Shown: positions 31,347 through 41,719, counted from the stretch's first letter. The stretch: DNA of 64,000 nt from an uncultured delta proteobacterium (GCA_963850305.1 CAWKKR010000008.1:1792001-1856000); one strand, 5' to 3'. Notes: generated from the sequence alone by a model not told the origin. Numbers and translations are program-made.

Positions 31347-31601
31347 GTGACCTCCACCCGCCGTTATGTGGATAGTGGCCCTGTGGCCACCGCCGCGCCG
31401 GAGATCGAAAAAGAGCCATCGGCGGAGCTCTGCTGTGATGCGTGCGGAGAAGCGATCGAGGGAACGCCCGCCGGGTCGGGCCTGTTCCTCTGGACCCGCG
31501 GAGACGAGGTGCGTTACGAGGAGCCGCCCCTGTGCGAGCGCTGCGCCTACGCGATCGCCGTGGGCGGCACGCTCCAGTGGGAGCTCGACGAAGAGGGTTG
31601 A
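31347..31601 (+). CDS. Small putative Zn-finger protein
   Basis: CDAC...CERC pair and acidic C-terminus. Confidence 0.65.
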   Translation: MTSTRRYVDSGPVATAAPEIEKEPSAELCCDACGEAIEGTPAGSGLFLWTRGDEVRYEEPPLCERCAYAIAVGGTLQWELDEEG

Positions 31602-31619
31602 GCCCTGCCTCTCGTCCGG

Positions 31620-32384
31620 TCAGTGGAGCGTCTTCTTGCCGTCGTCCTTGATCGGCGGCCGGCGATCGAGGAGCTCCTGCGCCGCGCCGCGAAGCACGAT
31701 GGATGTCTCCGTGCTCTTCAGGACGTCGCGCAACTCTTCGCGCGTACAGAGACCGAGGAGCGGCATCGTGAGCTCGCAAGGCGAGCCCGGGTTCAACAGT
31801 AGCGCCATCCGGACGCGCGGACGAGCCAGCCACCGGTGCGAGCGGACGAGCTCGCGAAGCGCCGCGGGGCGCGCCGGTCTGAGCGTGGCGATGCGGATTG
31901 CGTCGTCCTCGACCATCTTCGGGTTCTCGAGCAGCTGTCGGATGACGAGTGGATGCGGATCGAGACAGAGTCTCTCGAACGCGCGTCGGTCGGGACGTCG
32001 TGCGAGGCTCTTCCGCTCGCCGAGAGACAGCTCCCGGCCCGCGCCATAGTCGGGCACGCGGAGTTCCTCGGGCTCCGGCGCATGAATGCTGGGAGGCGGA
32101 GCGCGCCGGATGAGCCGCTCGAGGCCGAACAGATCGCGCGCCAGCGCTTCGGTCCGGAGACCGTCGAGCAAGGCCGCATTCTCCGAATCGACGAGGAGCA
32201 TCGCGATCGAGAGCAGCGCTTCACGTGCGTCCGGGTCCGCCGCCGCGCTCTCCTCGGCGACGGCGTTCAGGACCTCCGCCGCCGTCGCGGTGCCGAGCCC
32301 TTCGAGCTCGGCGTGCAACCATCCGAGGCGGAGCGGCGCGTCGGGCAAGGAGAGCAGGAGCCTCTTCAGCCGGTGCGCATCCAT
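31620..32384 (-). CDS. Conserved hypothetical alpha-helical repeat protein
   Basis: LSLGERKSLARR, DPHPLVIRQLLENP, VRMALLLNP. Confidence 0.7.
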   Translation of the reverse strand: MDAHRLKRLLLSLPDAPLRLGWLHAELEGLGTATAAEVLNAVAEESAAADPDAREALLSIAMLLVDSENAALLDGLRTEALARDLFGLERLIRRAPPPSIHAPEPEELRVPDYGAGRELSLGERKSLARRPDRRAFERLCLDPHPLVIRQLLENPKMVEDDAIRIATLRPARPAALRELVRSHRWLARPRVRMALLLNPGSPCELTMPLLGLCTREELRDVLKSTETSIVLRGAAQELLDRRPPIKDDGKKTLH

Positions 32385-32456
32385 GCTGTCTCCGAGACTA
32401 CTCGCCCGGCCTCCGAATCGCACGGCTCTCGATGGCTCCTGCGCTAAGCTCGGCGC

Positions 32457-35306
32457 GTGCCCGCCGGGCCCCTCATCGAACGTATCGAGCGCGCCTGGCA
32501 GTCCCATGCGCGCGGCGCCGCGGAGCAGGCGCTGTTCGCTCTGCTGCTTTCGGTCATCGTCGGGGGCGCGCACCTCGCGCGACTCGGAACCCCCTGGGCC
32601 CGCGCGACCACGGGCGTGGTGATCGCGTCGATCCTGGCGTGGCAGATCGGGCTTCGGCTCCGTCGGCGGCGCGAAGCGAAGAGCGAGCGACTGACGGTAC
32701 GCCGCGTCTTGCTGGCGACGGACCCGGCACTCGGTGATCGCGCTCTACGAGCGCTCGGCCTCCGTGATCGCACCGCGCGGGACGAGGCCGTCGGCTCGAA
32801 GGAACTCGCCGAGCTGCACCTGTCGCGGATTCTCGAGAAGGTCTCTCCGGAGGCGGTCTCGGCCGCCGCGGGTCGCTACGGTCAGCGCTTTCGAAGTGTG
32901 ACCGTCGTCCTGCTCTCGTGTGTGGCCGTCGGCGTCGTCATGGCGCCCTCCAGGGTCGTCGAGGGTCTCGACGTGCTCGCGGCCCGGCACGCGCGCGCGC
33001 CATTGCCCATGAACTGGCTCGCCTATGCGCGCGTCTCGGCGGTGCCGCCGAAGTACACGGGCGAGACGGAGCGCGCGCTCGTGTTCGACATGGACGTCGA
33101 GCTTCCGAGAGGGACCGTCGTCACCGCGCGCGGTGCGCCGCGCGAAGTCGGTCGCGCCCTGGTGCTGACGGACGGCATCGAAGAGGAGCCGTTCGCCGAC
33201 GACGGCGAAGGCGGGGTCGTCGCGCGCTACACGGTGCGCTCGGATGTTTCGCTCCGTGTCGCCGCCCGGTTCGGCGGCGTCCGGATCGACGACGAAGCGA
33301 GTCTCGGCATCCACGTCGTTCCCGATGCGCCGCCGTCCGTCGAACTTTCGTCCGCGCCACGCACGATCCGACTCGCCGACATGGGCCGCCTCGACGTTCG
33401 CTGGGTCGCCCGCGACGACCACGGGCTCCGGCAGGTCGACATGGTCTTGCGCTCGGGCGTGCGCGAAGAGCGGCGCACCCTCGGCCGGTTCGACGGATCG
33501 ACCCAGCTCGAGCAGGGCGGTCAGGTCGTGAGCCCGCGCGATCCATTTCTCAGACGCATGTTCCTTCCGATCTCGGTCATCGTGGAGGCCAGGGACAATG
33601 ACCCGTTCGACGGACCCAAGTGGGGCCACAGCGCGGCGATCACGATCGTTCCGCCGGACGTCGGACAGCCCGAGGCCGAGCGCTATGCGGCGCTCGCCGC
33701 CGTCCGTGACGACCTCGTCGATCTGTTGAAATGGCGCGACGCCCAGGTCGGAGTCACGGATGCGGATCGCATCCGTGACGGGCGAGAACGCGTCGCGGCG
33801 TTGAATGAACGCATCGAAGCGGCCCTCCAGAAAACGTACGCTGGAGCGACCTTCCCGCGCAAGCTGCGGGCGTTCGTCGAGGGCCAGCTCGACCTTCTGC
33901 GAAGGCAGGGTGGGGGAGTCACGGAAGAGGCCGTCGAGCGCGGCATGCTGGCAGTCGACGTCGTGCTCGGTGCGATCGGAGATCGCGATGCGGCGGACGT
34001 CGCGAAGCGCCTGGCGGATGTCGCCGAAGAGATCGCCGTCGCGGCGCATGCGGCGCGGGAGACGGAGCACTGGCAACCGGAGCTGCTCCGGGTCGACGCC
34101 GCGCTCGCGGCGCTGGGTCGCGGAGTCGACAGATTGTCGGTGCTCGCCGCGCTCGGCCACGATCTCGGCGGTGTCGCCGCGGCCGACACGGGCCGCATCC
34201 GTCGCTCGCGGACCGCGGACGATCTCACGCACACCGAGCTCGCGGCGCTCCATCTGGCCGCGCGCCTCCGCCGTCCGACACCCTCGTTCGGTGCGATGAC
34301 GGGAAGCAGCCACGGCGGCGGGGTGGAGTCCGGACGCGGCCGCGGCTCCGGAGGCGGCGATGCGTCGCCTTCGCCGTCCGACGGCGACGAGGAATTCGAC
34401 CGTGCGGCGAACGCGATCGAACAGCTCGCCGAGGAGCACCAGGACACCGTGCAGGGGGTGGAGAGCGCGCTCGACGACGCACGCCGCGTCGACTCCACGG
34501 ACGCCGAACGTGAGCAGGCGAAGCACCTCGCCGACGAGATTCGCGACGCGATCGACCCGCTGCCGCTCCCGGGGCAGGAGTTCGGTTCGCCGCGCGCCAC
34601 GGCAGCGCTCGCTCGGGAGCTCGCGAAGGCCGCGGCCCACGCGCTCGACGACATGGCCCTCCAGGAGGCGGCCGACAGCGCCGAGAACTCGCTGTCCACG
34701 CTCGACCAGGCGGAGCGACGTCTGGACGCAAACGACGACCTCCACGACCGCTTTGCCGAGGTACGTCGAGCGTTGCAGGACGCCCTCTCCTTCATCCACG
34801 GCGAACTCGACAAGCGAAAGGCAGAATCGGAGTCCAGGGCTCGCGCTCCGCTCGAGCAAGCGGGCGATACGGAGCGGGATCTGGCCGCGCGCGCCGCGAA
34901 GCTTGCAGGCGATCTGGGGGGCAAGGGCGCCGCGCTTCCACGGGAAACGTCGGACCAGATCGCGAAAGCGGGCAGCGTCATGCAAGACGCGGCCAGGGCT
35001 TTGAGTGAAGGGCGAGGTGACGACGCGCTCGCCCTGCAGCGCGAGGCGCAGCGGTTGCTGGAGCAGTCCCGCCTCGACCGCGCGACGGAACCCGACGAGG
35101 GGGATGAGCAGAGTGAAAAGCCGTCGCCCTCCGGCAAGACCAGCTCGAACGGTCGGGCGATAGCGACGGGTGGCGACGTTCCAGGCCCCGACGCGAAGGC
35201 GCGCGCCGAGGAGTTTCGGCGGCGCGTGCTCCAAGGTCTGGGGATGGCCAAGAGCGATCGGCTCTCGCCGGCCATCCGGCGGTACGCGGAGGGGCTCCTC
35301 CGATGA
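32457..35306 (+). CDS. DUF4175-like membrane protein with long coiled-coil C-terminus
   Basis: N-terminal TMs, PPKYTG, DAPPSVEL, ARDDHGL, VEARDND, C-terminal IRRYAEGLL. Confidence 0.75.
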   Translation: MPAGPLIERIERAWQSHARGAAEQALFALLLSVIVGGAHLARLGTPWARATTGVVIASILAWQIGLRLRRRREAKSERLTVRRVLLATDPALGDRALRALGLRDRTARDEAVGSKELAELHLSRILEKVSPEAVSAAAGRYGQRFRSVTVVLLSCVAVGVVMAPSRVVEGLDVLAARHARAPLPMNWLAYARVSAVPPKYTGETERALVFDMDVELPRGTVVTARGAPREVGRALVLTDGIEEEPFADDGEGGVVARYTVRSDVSLRVAARFGGVRIDDEASLGIHVVPDAPPSVELSSAPRTIRLADMGRLDVRWVARDDHGLRQVDMVLRSGVREERRTLGRFDGSTQLEQGGQVVSPRDPFLRRMFLPISVIVEARDNDPFDGPKWGHSAAITIVPPDVGQPEAERYAALAAVRDDLVDLLKWRDAQVGVTDADRIRDGRERVAALNERIEAALQKTYAGATFPRKLRAFVEGQLDLLRRQGGGVTEEAVERGMLAVDVVLGAIGDRDAADVAKRLADVAEEIAVAAHAARETEHWQPELLRVDAALAALGRGVDRLSVLAALGHDLGGVAAADTGRIRRSRTADDLTHTELAALHLAARLRRPTPSFGAMTGSSHGGGVESGRGRGSGGGDASPSPSDGDEEFDRAANAIEQLAEEHQDTVQGVESALDDARRVDSTDAEREQAKHLADEIRDAIDPLPLPGQEFGSPRATAALARELAKAAAHALDDMALQEAADSAENSLSTLDQAERRLDANDDLHDRFAEVRRALQDALSFIHGELDKRKAESESRARAPLEQAGDTERDLAARAAKLAGDLGGKGAALPRETSDQIAKAGSVMQDAARALSEGRGDDALALQREAQRLLEQSRLDRATEPDEGDEQSEKPSPSGKTSSNGRAIATGGDVPGPDAKARAEEFRRRVLQGLGMAKSDRLSPAIRRYAEGLLR

Positions 35307-36874
35307 GGCGCGCTCGTTCGTTCGCCCTGGGTGCGGCCGTGATCGCGTCGTGCGTCCTCGCGCAAGCGCGGGTCGCGCCCGTCTCGGTGAGCGACATTGC
35401 GGACGCGATCACGGAGCTCGACGTCCAGCGGGCGCGGACGCTCCTCGCGGCGACTCACGCGGATTCGGCGCCCATCGCGCTGGAGCGCGCCCGGCTCGCG
35501 CTCTACGTGGGTGACTGCGACTCGGCGGCCGCGACGCTCGCGACGCTCGACGGAGTGAAGGAGGCAGGGCCGCTCGAGGAGCTCGCGAAGAACTGTGCCG
35601 GCGCGACGGCGGGGTCCATCGTGATCCAGGATCCGGCGAGGGGCCTCTGGATACGGCTCCAGGACTCGGCCGATAGCGCCCTCGTTCCGGAGCTCTCCGA
35701 TGTCGTGGTGCGTGCCCGAGCGGCGATAGAGCGCGACCTCGGGGTCGTGATGCCGCGTCCGTTGCGCATCGACGTCGTGCGCGATCTGTTTTCCCTGTCG
35801 GCGGTGACGGGGTTGCCGCTGAAGGCGGCCGAAACGACGGGCACCGTCGCCGTTGCGCGCTGGGGGCGCGTCAACATCATCTCACCGCGTGCCGGGACGT
35901 TCCCGTGGGAAGACACGCTCGCTCACGAGATCACCCATCTGGCGATCACGCGCGCGACGCGCGACGCGGCGCCACTCTGGCTGCAAGAGGGCCTGGCGAA
36001 GCGACAGGAGACCAGATGGCGGCCCCCTCGTCCGTTCGACGGCGAGCCCGCGCCGGACGCCATCGCGCGTGATGCCTTGCTCAGCGGACAGTCCGTCGGA
36101 GTCGACAAGCTCGGCCCGTCGATCGCGATGCTCCCGAGCGCCGACGCCGCGTCGATCGCATTCGCCGAGGTCTCGAGCTTCATGAAATATTGGATCGCGC
36201 AGAACGGGAAGCCGGCGCTGGAGCTCCTCTTCGCGGATCTCAAGGGGCTCGGGGGCCCCGAGTTCGCCGATGCCGCGATGCGTACCGTCTCCGGCTACGA
36301 CCTTTCCGGATGGATCCTCCGCTGGCAGGATCATCTTCGCAGGTTGCCCCCCGATCACGGCGCGACCGCCGACGCCCCCACGCCCGCCGACGACCTCCTC
36401 CGAAGTCTCCTCGCCGACAGCATGGCGGTGGACGCCAAGAGTCGCGCCCGGGCCGTGCGCACCGGCGAGCTACTATTTGCGCGCGGCGCGCCGGCTCTCG
36501 CGTCCGAGCAGTTTCGCGGCGCGCTCGTGGGGGAGCCCGATGACCCAGCCCTCCGGTTCCGTCTCGGCCGCAGCCTGATCGCGAGCGGGAAAAAGGAAGA
36601 CGCCGCGCCGCTCTTCCAGTCGCCGGACCATCTTTTTTCTGCGGACGCCGGGTGGTTTGCGCTCGAGGGTCGGTTCTTGCGCGACCGTGGCTCGCCACTG
36701 GCGGCCGCCGCCTCTGATTTCGCGATCGCGCTGGATCCTTATCTGGAGGATGCCGCCTGTTACGGACAATTCCGGATACCTGACGCGACGGGTCAAATGC
36801 GGCAAGCGCCGCTCCCGACTCGTCCCGAGCAGCGGGGTCTTTGCGAAGCCGCCAGAAAAATCCAAGAACACTGA
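35303..36874 (+). CDS. Secreted MA-clan (gluzincin-like) metallopeptidase with TPR
   Basis: Signal peptide, LAHEITH...PLWLQEGLA; ATGA overlap with the upstream gene. Confidence 0.8.
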   Translation: MRRARSFALGAAVIASCVLAQARVAPVSVSDIADAITELDVQRARTLLAATHADSAPIALERARLALYVGDCDSAAATLATLDGVKEAGPLEELAKNCAGATAGSIVIQDPARGLWIRLQDSADSALVPELSDVVVRARAAIERDLGVVMPRPLRIDVVRDLFSLSAVTGLPLKAAETTGTVAVARWGRVNIISPRAGTFPWEDTLAHEITHLAITRATRDAAPLWLQEGLAKRQETRWRPPRPFDGEPAPDAIARDALLSGQSVGVDKLGPSIAMLPSADAASIAFAEVSSFMKYWIAQNGKPALELLFADLKGLGGPEFADAAMRTVSGYDLSGWILRWQDHLRRLPPDHGATADAPTPADDLLRSLLADSMAVDAKSRARAVRTGELLFARGAPALASEQFRGALVGEPDDPALRFRLGRSLIASGKKEDAAPLFQSPDHLFSADAGWFALEGRFLRDRGSPLAAAASDFAIALDPYLEDAACYGQFRIPDATGQMRQAPLPTRPEQRGLCEAARKIQEH

Positions 36875-36993
36875 CGCTCCCTTTCAGAAATCTGGCGGCC
36901 TAGTCCGCGTCCCCGTGAAATCTGGTTCGATCCCGGCCGGAACGGGCATTAGAGTCCGGTGCTTACGCCAGAAAGGGCAAGGTCATCGCAGGA

Positions 36994-37827
36994 GTGAGCG
37001 TCGCGACCTTCGCTGCAGCCCAGCTGCTCCGCTTGTTGCCCAGGGCGGGCCTCAGTCACGCGGTCGGACGGCTGTGCGAGGCGCCGTTGTCCCCCGCGGT
37101 ATCGCGAGCGGTCACGCAGGCGTACATCCGCGCTTACGGCGTGGACATGAGCGACGTCGCCGCGGATTCGGACGACTACCCGAGTTTCGACGCGTTCTTC
37201 ACTCGACCGCTGAGGAGCGGGTCCCGGACCATCGACGAATCCCGTGTCGTGTCGCCCGCCGATGGGAATCTGAGCGATTCTGGGGTGATCGAGCCGAACG
37301 CCCGTATCGTCGTGAAAGGAGCACCATACGACGTCGCGGAGCTCGTCGGAGATGCGGCGCAGGCTTGCGCGCTCGCCGGTGGCGCGTTCGCCGTCGTCTA
37401 TCTGTCGCCCCGTGACTATCATCGCGTCCACAGTCCCGTGGACGGGCTTCTCGGTTCGGCGCGCGGAATTCCGGGTGATCTCTACCCGGTCAACTCGATC
37501 GGTGAGCGCCACGTTCCCCGCCTGTTCGTCAAGAACCAGCGAGTCGCCGTCACGATCGACACGAAAGACGGCCTCGTCGTCGTGGTGTTCGTCGGGGCGA
37601 TGATCGTCGGCAAGATCACCGTAACCGCCATCGGCGGGTCCGAGACTCCACTCGGAGTTCATCGTATCGAGCCGGGGCTCCACGTACGGCGCGGAGACGA
37701 GATCGGCGCTTTCCATCTGGGTTCCACGGTGGTGCTTCTGGCCGGCGGACGAGCGCGTTTCTCGCGTCGCAGAGGCTCCATCAAGTACGGTGAGTCCCTG
37801 CTTTCTCCCTCGCGGGCAACAGAATGA
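36994..37827 (+). CDS. psd: Phosphatidylserine decarboxylase
   Basis: FDAFFTRPL, VSPADG, YLSPRDYHRVHSP, NQR, FHLGSTVV cleavage site. Confidence 0.95.
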   Translation: MSVATFAAAQLLRLLPRAGLSHAVGRLCEAPLSPAVSRAVTQAYIRAYGVDMSDVAADSDDYPSFDAFFTRPLRSGSRTIDESRVVSPADGNLSDSGVIEPNARIVVKGAPYDVAELVGDAAQACALAGGAFAVVYLSPRDYHRVHSPVDGLLGSARGIPGDLYPVNSIGERHVPRLFVKNQRVAVTIDTKDGLVVVVFVGAMIVGKITVTAIGGSETPLGVHRIEPGLHVRRGDEIGAFHLGSTVVLLAGGRARFSRRRGSIKYGESLLSPSRATE

Positions 37828-39581
37828 GCGACGAGACCGACGACATCGATGTGGACGCCGAGGACGCGGCGGTCCCGATCCGCGGCGTCCCGTCCACCTC
37901 CGACGCGACGCTCCCGGCGGTTCTGATCGCCGAAGCGCCTCCGTTTGCCGTGCCGCCGGTTCGGAGCCGACCGCCGCCGAAGCCTGGAGCCCGCCCGGGC
38001 TTTCCAGGCGCCGCGCTCGCCGCGGCCGCGCCACCCGCGCGGGTGGTCCCGGAATCGCTCGATGCGGACGTTCCGGAGCTCGCGGACGTTGCGGAGGTCG
38101 AGCCGGAGCCGTCGCCGTCGATTCGGCCGATGCGGATGATCAAGCTTGGAGGCGACACGCCGAGGTCGGAGCCGCCACCGTCCGCCCTCGAACGACCGTC
38201 GTCACGGCCGCCTCCTCCGCGTCGGATTCGAGCCGGCTCTTCCCGTTCCATTCGTGCAGGCAGCCGTCGAGCCAAGGACGGAACCATCGCTCACGTTCGA
38301 TCCGCCGACGGAGCCGCGCGCCCCGGTCGAGCCGCCCACGGAGCCGTTGCTCGACTTCGACCCCCCGACGCCTCCACCTCTGGACGATGACGACGAGCGC
38401 GTCACGCCAGACACGTTTCCGAGCGCGACTCCTCCCGATCGACCGATCGCGCCTCCGCCTCGCAGCACGCCACCGCTGCCTCCGTCGGCCCGCGCCGCAC
38501 TCGCATCGTCCCCCGAGATCGAAGTCGACCGCGATGCCGACGAGCTCCCGACGTTCGGTTCGCTGGGCGAGCCGGACATGGACGTGACCATTTCCCGGGG
38601 ACGAGGAACCCATTTCGGTCCCCGAGGGGGGCGCGATCGCCATCGATATCGCTGCGGCGAGCGAGCGGGTCGCCGCTTCGCCGGGTGCGGATGGGTCGGT
38701 CAAGGACGCGGAAAAAGTGGCGCGGAAGCCACCGCCTCCTCCGAAGCGCGGGAAGCTGGACGGCGCACCGCCAGAGACCGCCGTCGCGCAGCCTCTCGAA
38801 GCTCCCAAATTCGAGCCGCCGAGCATGAGGCCGCGGGCGAAGCCGTGGTGGGAAGAGCTCTTCACCGAGGATTTCGCGCGCGGAATCCTGGCGCCGACCG
38901 ATGCACAAGTGAGGCGCGAGGTCGACTTCATCGAAGATTCGCTCGCCGTCGCCAAGGGGGGCGTCGTTCTCGATCTTGCATGCGGAACGGGTCAGCATGC
39001 CGTCGAACTGTCGGGCCGCGGTTACGGGGTCGTCGGATTCGATTCTGTCGCTGCTGCAGCTCGCGATGGCGGGCGAATACGCTCAGGACCGCGGTCAGAA
39101 AATCAATTTCCTCCAGGGCGACATGCGAGACATGTCGTTCGACGAAGTCTTCGATGGCATCTACTGCTGGAACACGAGCTTCGGATACTTCGAGGAAGAG
39201 CGAAACCATGCCGTCGCCGAACGCGTGTTCAAAGCGCTCCGTCCCGGCGGTAGTTTCCTGCTCGACGTCGTCAATCGCGACTTCGTCGTCGGGCATCAGC
39301 CGAGCCAGGTCTGGTACGAGGGCGATTCGTGCGTCTGTATGGACGACATGAGCGTGGATTTCATCACGAGCCGTCTTCGAGTGAAGCGTACGATGATGCT
39401 CGACGACGGCCGGACGCGCGAGTGCGCCGATTCCATCCGGATCTACTCGCTTCACGAGCTCGGCAAGCTGCTGCACGAGATCGGTTTCCGAGTCACGGAG
39501 GCGACCGGCCATCCTTCGTACCCAGGCGTGTTCTTCGGTGGCACGTCGCCGCGCGTGCTGATCCTGGCCCAGAAGCCCTGA
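37824..39581 (+). CDS. Class I SAM methyltransferase with long Pro/acidic disordered N-terminus; three +1 frameshifts (~38227, ~38594, ~39043)
   Basis: WWEELFTEDF, VLDLACGTGQH, QGDMRDM, FDGIYCWNTSFGYF, ALRPGGSFLLD; ATGA overlap with psd. Confidence 0.8.
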
Positions 39582-39614
39582 CGACGACGGCGCTCTCGCC
39601 CTCGTCGGGGCTGC

Positions 39615-40076
39615 TCATCTCGCGTGCCGTGGAGCAGCAGCGGGCGACGGTCGCACCGGGGTCGGGGCGGCCGGTCGCGGGTACGCGTGGTTCACGCTGA
39701 AATAGAAACACGCCGCGATCGCGACGAAGACGAGAATCGCGAAACCGAAGCCGGCGTCCACACGATGCATCGGAATCTTCACCGGTGCGTCGATGGCCCG
39801 GAAGAGTCGCTCGGGGCGCGCGACCTTGGAGAGCGGGTCGAACTCGGGTATCGCAGGGCTCGGATACGGGTATCGCGGCACGCGATACTCGGCCGCATAC
39901 CGTTCCGGTGCGGGCGGTTCGTCATTCCGTGCCGGCGCTGGTTCGATGGCATGCACACGAGGAAATGCGTCACCGCCGTACTGCCGTCGCTCGAGTGGAA
40001 TGGGCTCCTCGCGCTCGAGTCGGATCATGGGGTGCGGGCGCGCGGGCCCGGCGGGCGTGGGGTTGGAACGATGCAT
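39615..40076 (-). CDS. Hypothetical Pro-rich single-TM protein
   Basis: TM GFGFAILVFVAIAACFYF; fills the intergenic gap. Confidence 0.45.
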   Translation of the reverse strand: MHRSNPTPAGPARPHPMIRLEREEPIPLERRQYGGDAFPRVHAIEPAPARNDEPPAPERYAAEYRVPRYPYPSPAIPEFDPLSKVARPERLFRAIDAPVKIPMHRVDAGFGFAILVFVAIAACFYFSVNHAYPRPAAPTPVRPSPAAAPRHAR

Positions 40077-40214
40077 GACGACCGTCGGAGCAGGTCGCGT
40101 GCCAGCCGTTCACGCGCGCGTTTCGGCGAGGATCCGCGCACAACGCGCCTCGACGGTACGCTCGCTCGCCGCATTTCCGGCGAACCGGCTCATCCGCCGG
40201 GACGACGGCTCGAG

Positions 40215-40646
40215 CTATCCCTTTTCACGTCGCGACCCGGTCTCGTCGAGCTCGAGATCTGCGCCGAGACGTTCGAGAGTGCTCTCCACGAGCTTCCTGT
40301 CGGCGGCCTCGAGCGGTCTCTTGCCCGCGCGATGGAGCGCGTAGTGAAACGCAGCCGCCTCGAGCGCGGTCAGCGCGGTGGTGCGGCGCAGCGCCACGCC
40401 GCCGATCTGGTATCGCATCAAGAGTCTTCCGTCCTCGAGTACCTGCTCCCCCGTCACTTCGGCTCTCTCCGGGCCCTCCGCGATGAGTTGCCGGATGATG
40501 CCGCGCACTCTTCCCGCCCGTCGTCGCACTTTCTTCATCGCCGTGCTCTCGAATAGGGAGAAGTACCGGTTCCGAGGAAACATGCGCGGCGCGAGGATCA
40601 GCGCACACAGTAACGCTTCGGGATCCAGGTTCGGCTTCGCGCTCAC
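40215..40646 (-). CDS. Hypothetical protein translationally coupled to prfA
   Basis: GTGA overlap with the prfA stop; DPEALLCALILAPRMFPRNRYFSLF. Confidence 0.7.
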   Translation of the reverse strand: MSAKPNLDPEALLCALILAPRMFPRNRYFSLFESTAMKKVRRRAGRVRGIIRQLIAEGPERAEVTGEQVLEDGRLLMRYQIGGVALRRTTALTALEAAAFHYALHRAGKRPLEAADRKLVESTLERLGADLELDETGSRREKG

Positions 40647-41719
40647 GTTGGCCCCGTGTCCTGCGCCTCGAGGCGTTTCGCCTCGTTCCACGCGACGAGC
40701 GCGTCCACGAGCTCGCCGATATCGCCCTCCATCACGCGATCGAGCTTGTAGAGCGTGAGTCCCACGCGGTGATCGGTGATCCGATTCTGCGGATAGTTGT
40801 AGGTGCGGATTTTTTCCGACCTTTCCCCGCTCTTCACCATGTCCCGTCGTTCGTCACGGATGGCGTCGGATTGCTCCCGCTGCGCGATATCCAGAAGACG
40901 GCTCCGCAAGATCTTGAGAGCGCGAGCGCGATTCTTGATCTGACTCCGCTCGTCCTGACACTTCACGATCATCCCCGTCGGGATGTGCGTGATCTGGACG
41001 GCGCTGTTCGTCGTGTTGACGCCCTGGCCGCCCGGACCCCCCGACGCGGCGATGTCGTAGCGGAGATCTTTCTCGTCGATCTGAACGTCCACCTCGTCCG
41101 CTTCTGGCAGGACGGCGACGGTCGCCGTCGAGGTGTGGATCCGTCCCTGCGCTTCCGTCGCTGGCACGCGCTGAACCCGGTGGACGCCACCCTCGTGCTT
41201 GAGGCGCGAGTACACGCGGGTTCCGGTGATGAGCGCGACGGCTTCCTTCATGCCCCCCGCGGCGGCGTCGCTTCGCGACAGTACCTCCACCTTCCATCCG
41301 ACCGCCTCGGCGTAGCGTGCGTACATCCGGAAAAGGTCCGCGGCGAACAGCGCCGCCTCTTCGCCGCCAGTGCCCGCGCGGATCTCGAGCAGCGTGTTCT
41401 TTTCGTCGTTGGGATCCGTCGGGAGGAGCAAGACGCGGATCCGCTGTTCGAGCGCCTCTCTCGATTTCCCCAGGTCCGCGAGTTCGTCGTGGGCGAGGGC
41501 GGCCATCTCGGGATCGGCGAGCATCGCCCTCGCGTCCACGGTCCGCCGTTCGACGGCCTGCCACTCGGCGAAGGCCTCGACGAGTGGCAATATCTGGCTC
41601 CGCTCCCGGCTCAAAGCCTGAATCCGCGCCGAGTCCGAGATCACTTTCGTCTCGCACATCAGCTCGTCTATTTCGCGCTGCCGGCGGACGACGATTTGGA
41701 GCTTGTCGACGGGGATCAT
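40643..41719 (-). CDS. prfA: Peptide chain release factor 1
   Basis: EIRAGTGGEEA, HRVQRVPATE (PxT), GGQ, RSEKIRTYNYPQNR. Confidence 0.97.
   Translation of the reverse strand: MIPVDKLQIVVRRQREIDELMCETKVISDSARIQALSRERSQILPLVEAFAEWQAVERRTVDARAMLADPEMAALAHDELADLGKSREALEQRIRVLLLPTDPNDEKNTLLEIRAGTGGEEAALFAADLFRMYARYAEAVGWKVEVLSRSDAAAGGMKEAVALITGTRVYSRLKHEGGVHRVQRVPATEAQGRIHTSTATVAVLPEADEVDVQIDEKDLRYDIAASGGPGGQGVNTTNSAVQITHIPTGMIVKCQDERSQIKNRARALKILRSRLLDIAQREQSDAIRDERRDMVKSGERSEKIRTYNYPQNRITDHRVGLTLYKLDRVMEGDIGELVDALVAWNEAKRLEAQDTGPT

Noticed and set aside
36917..36945. ggttcgatccc resembling a tRNA T-loop
   Set aside because: The T-stem is imperfect and I could not build an acceptor, D or anticodon arm
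8615..39581. Calling the frameshifted genes pseudogenes or programmed frameshifts
   Set aside because: No in-frame stops or decay, single-base repairs suffice, contexts are motif-biased, and no slippery heptamers are evident; sequencing error is more likely
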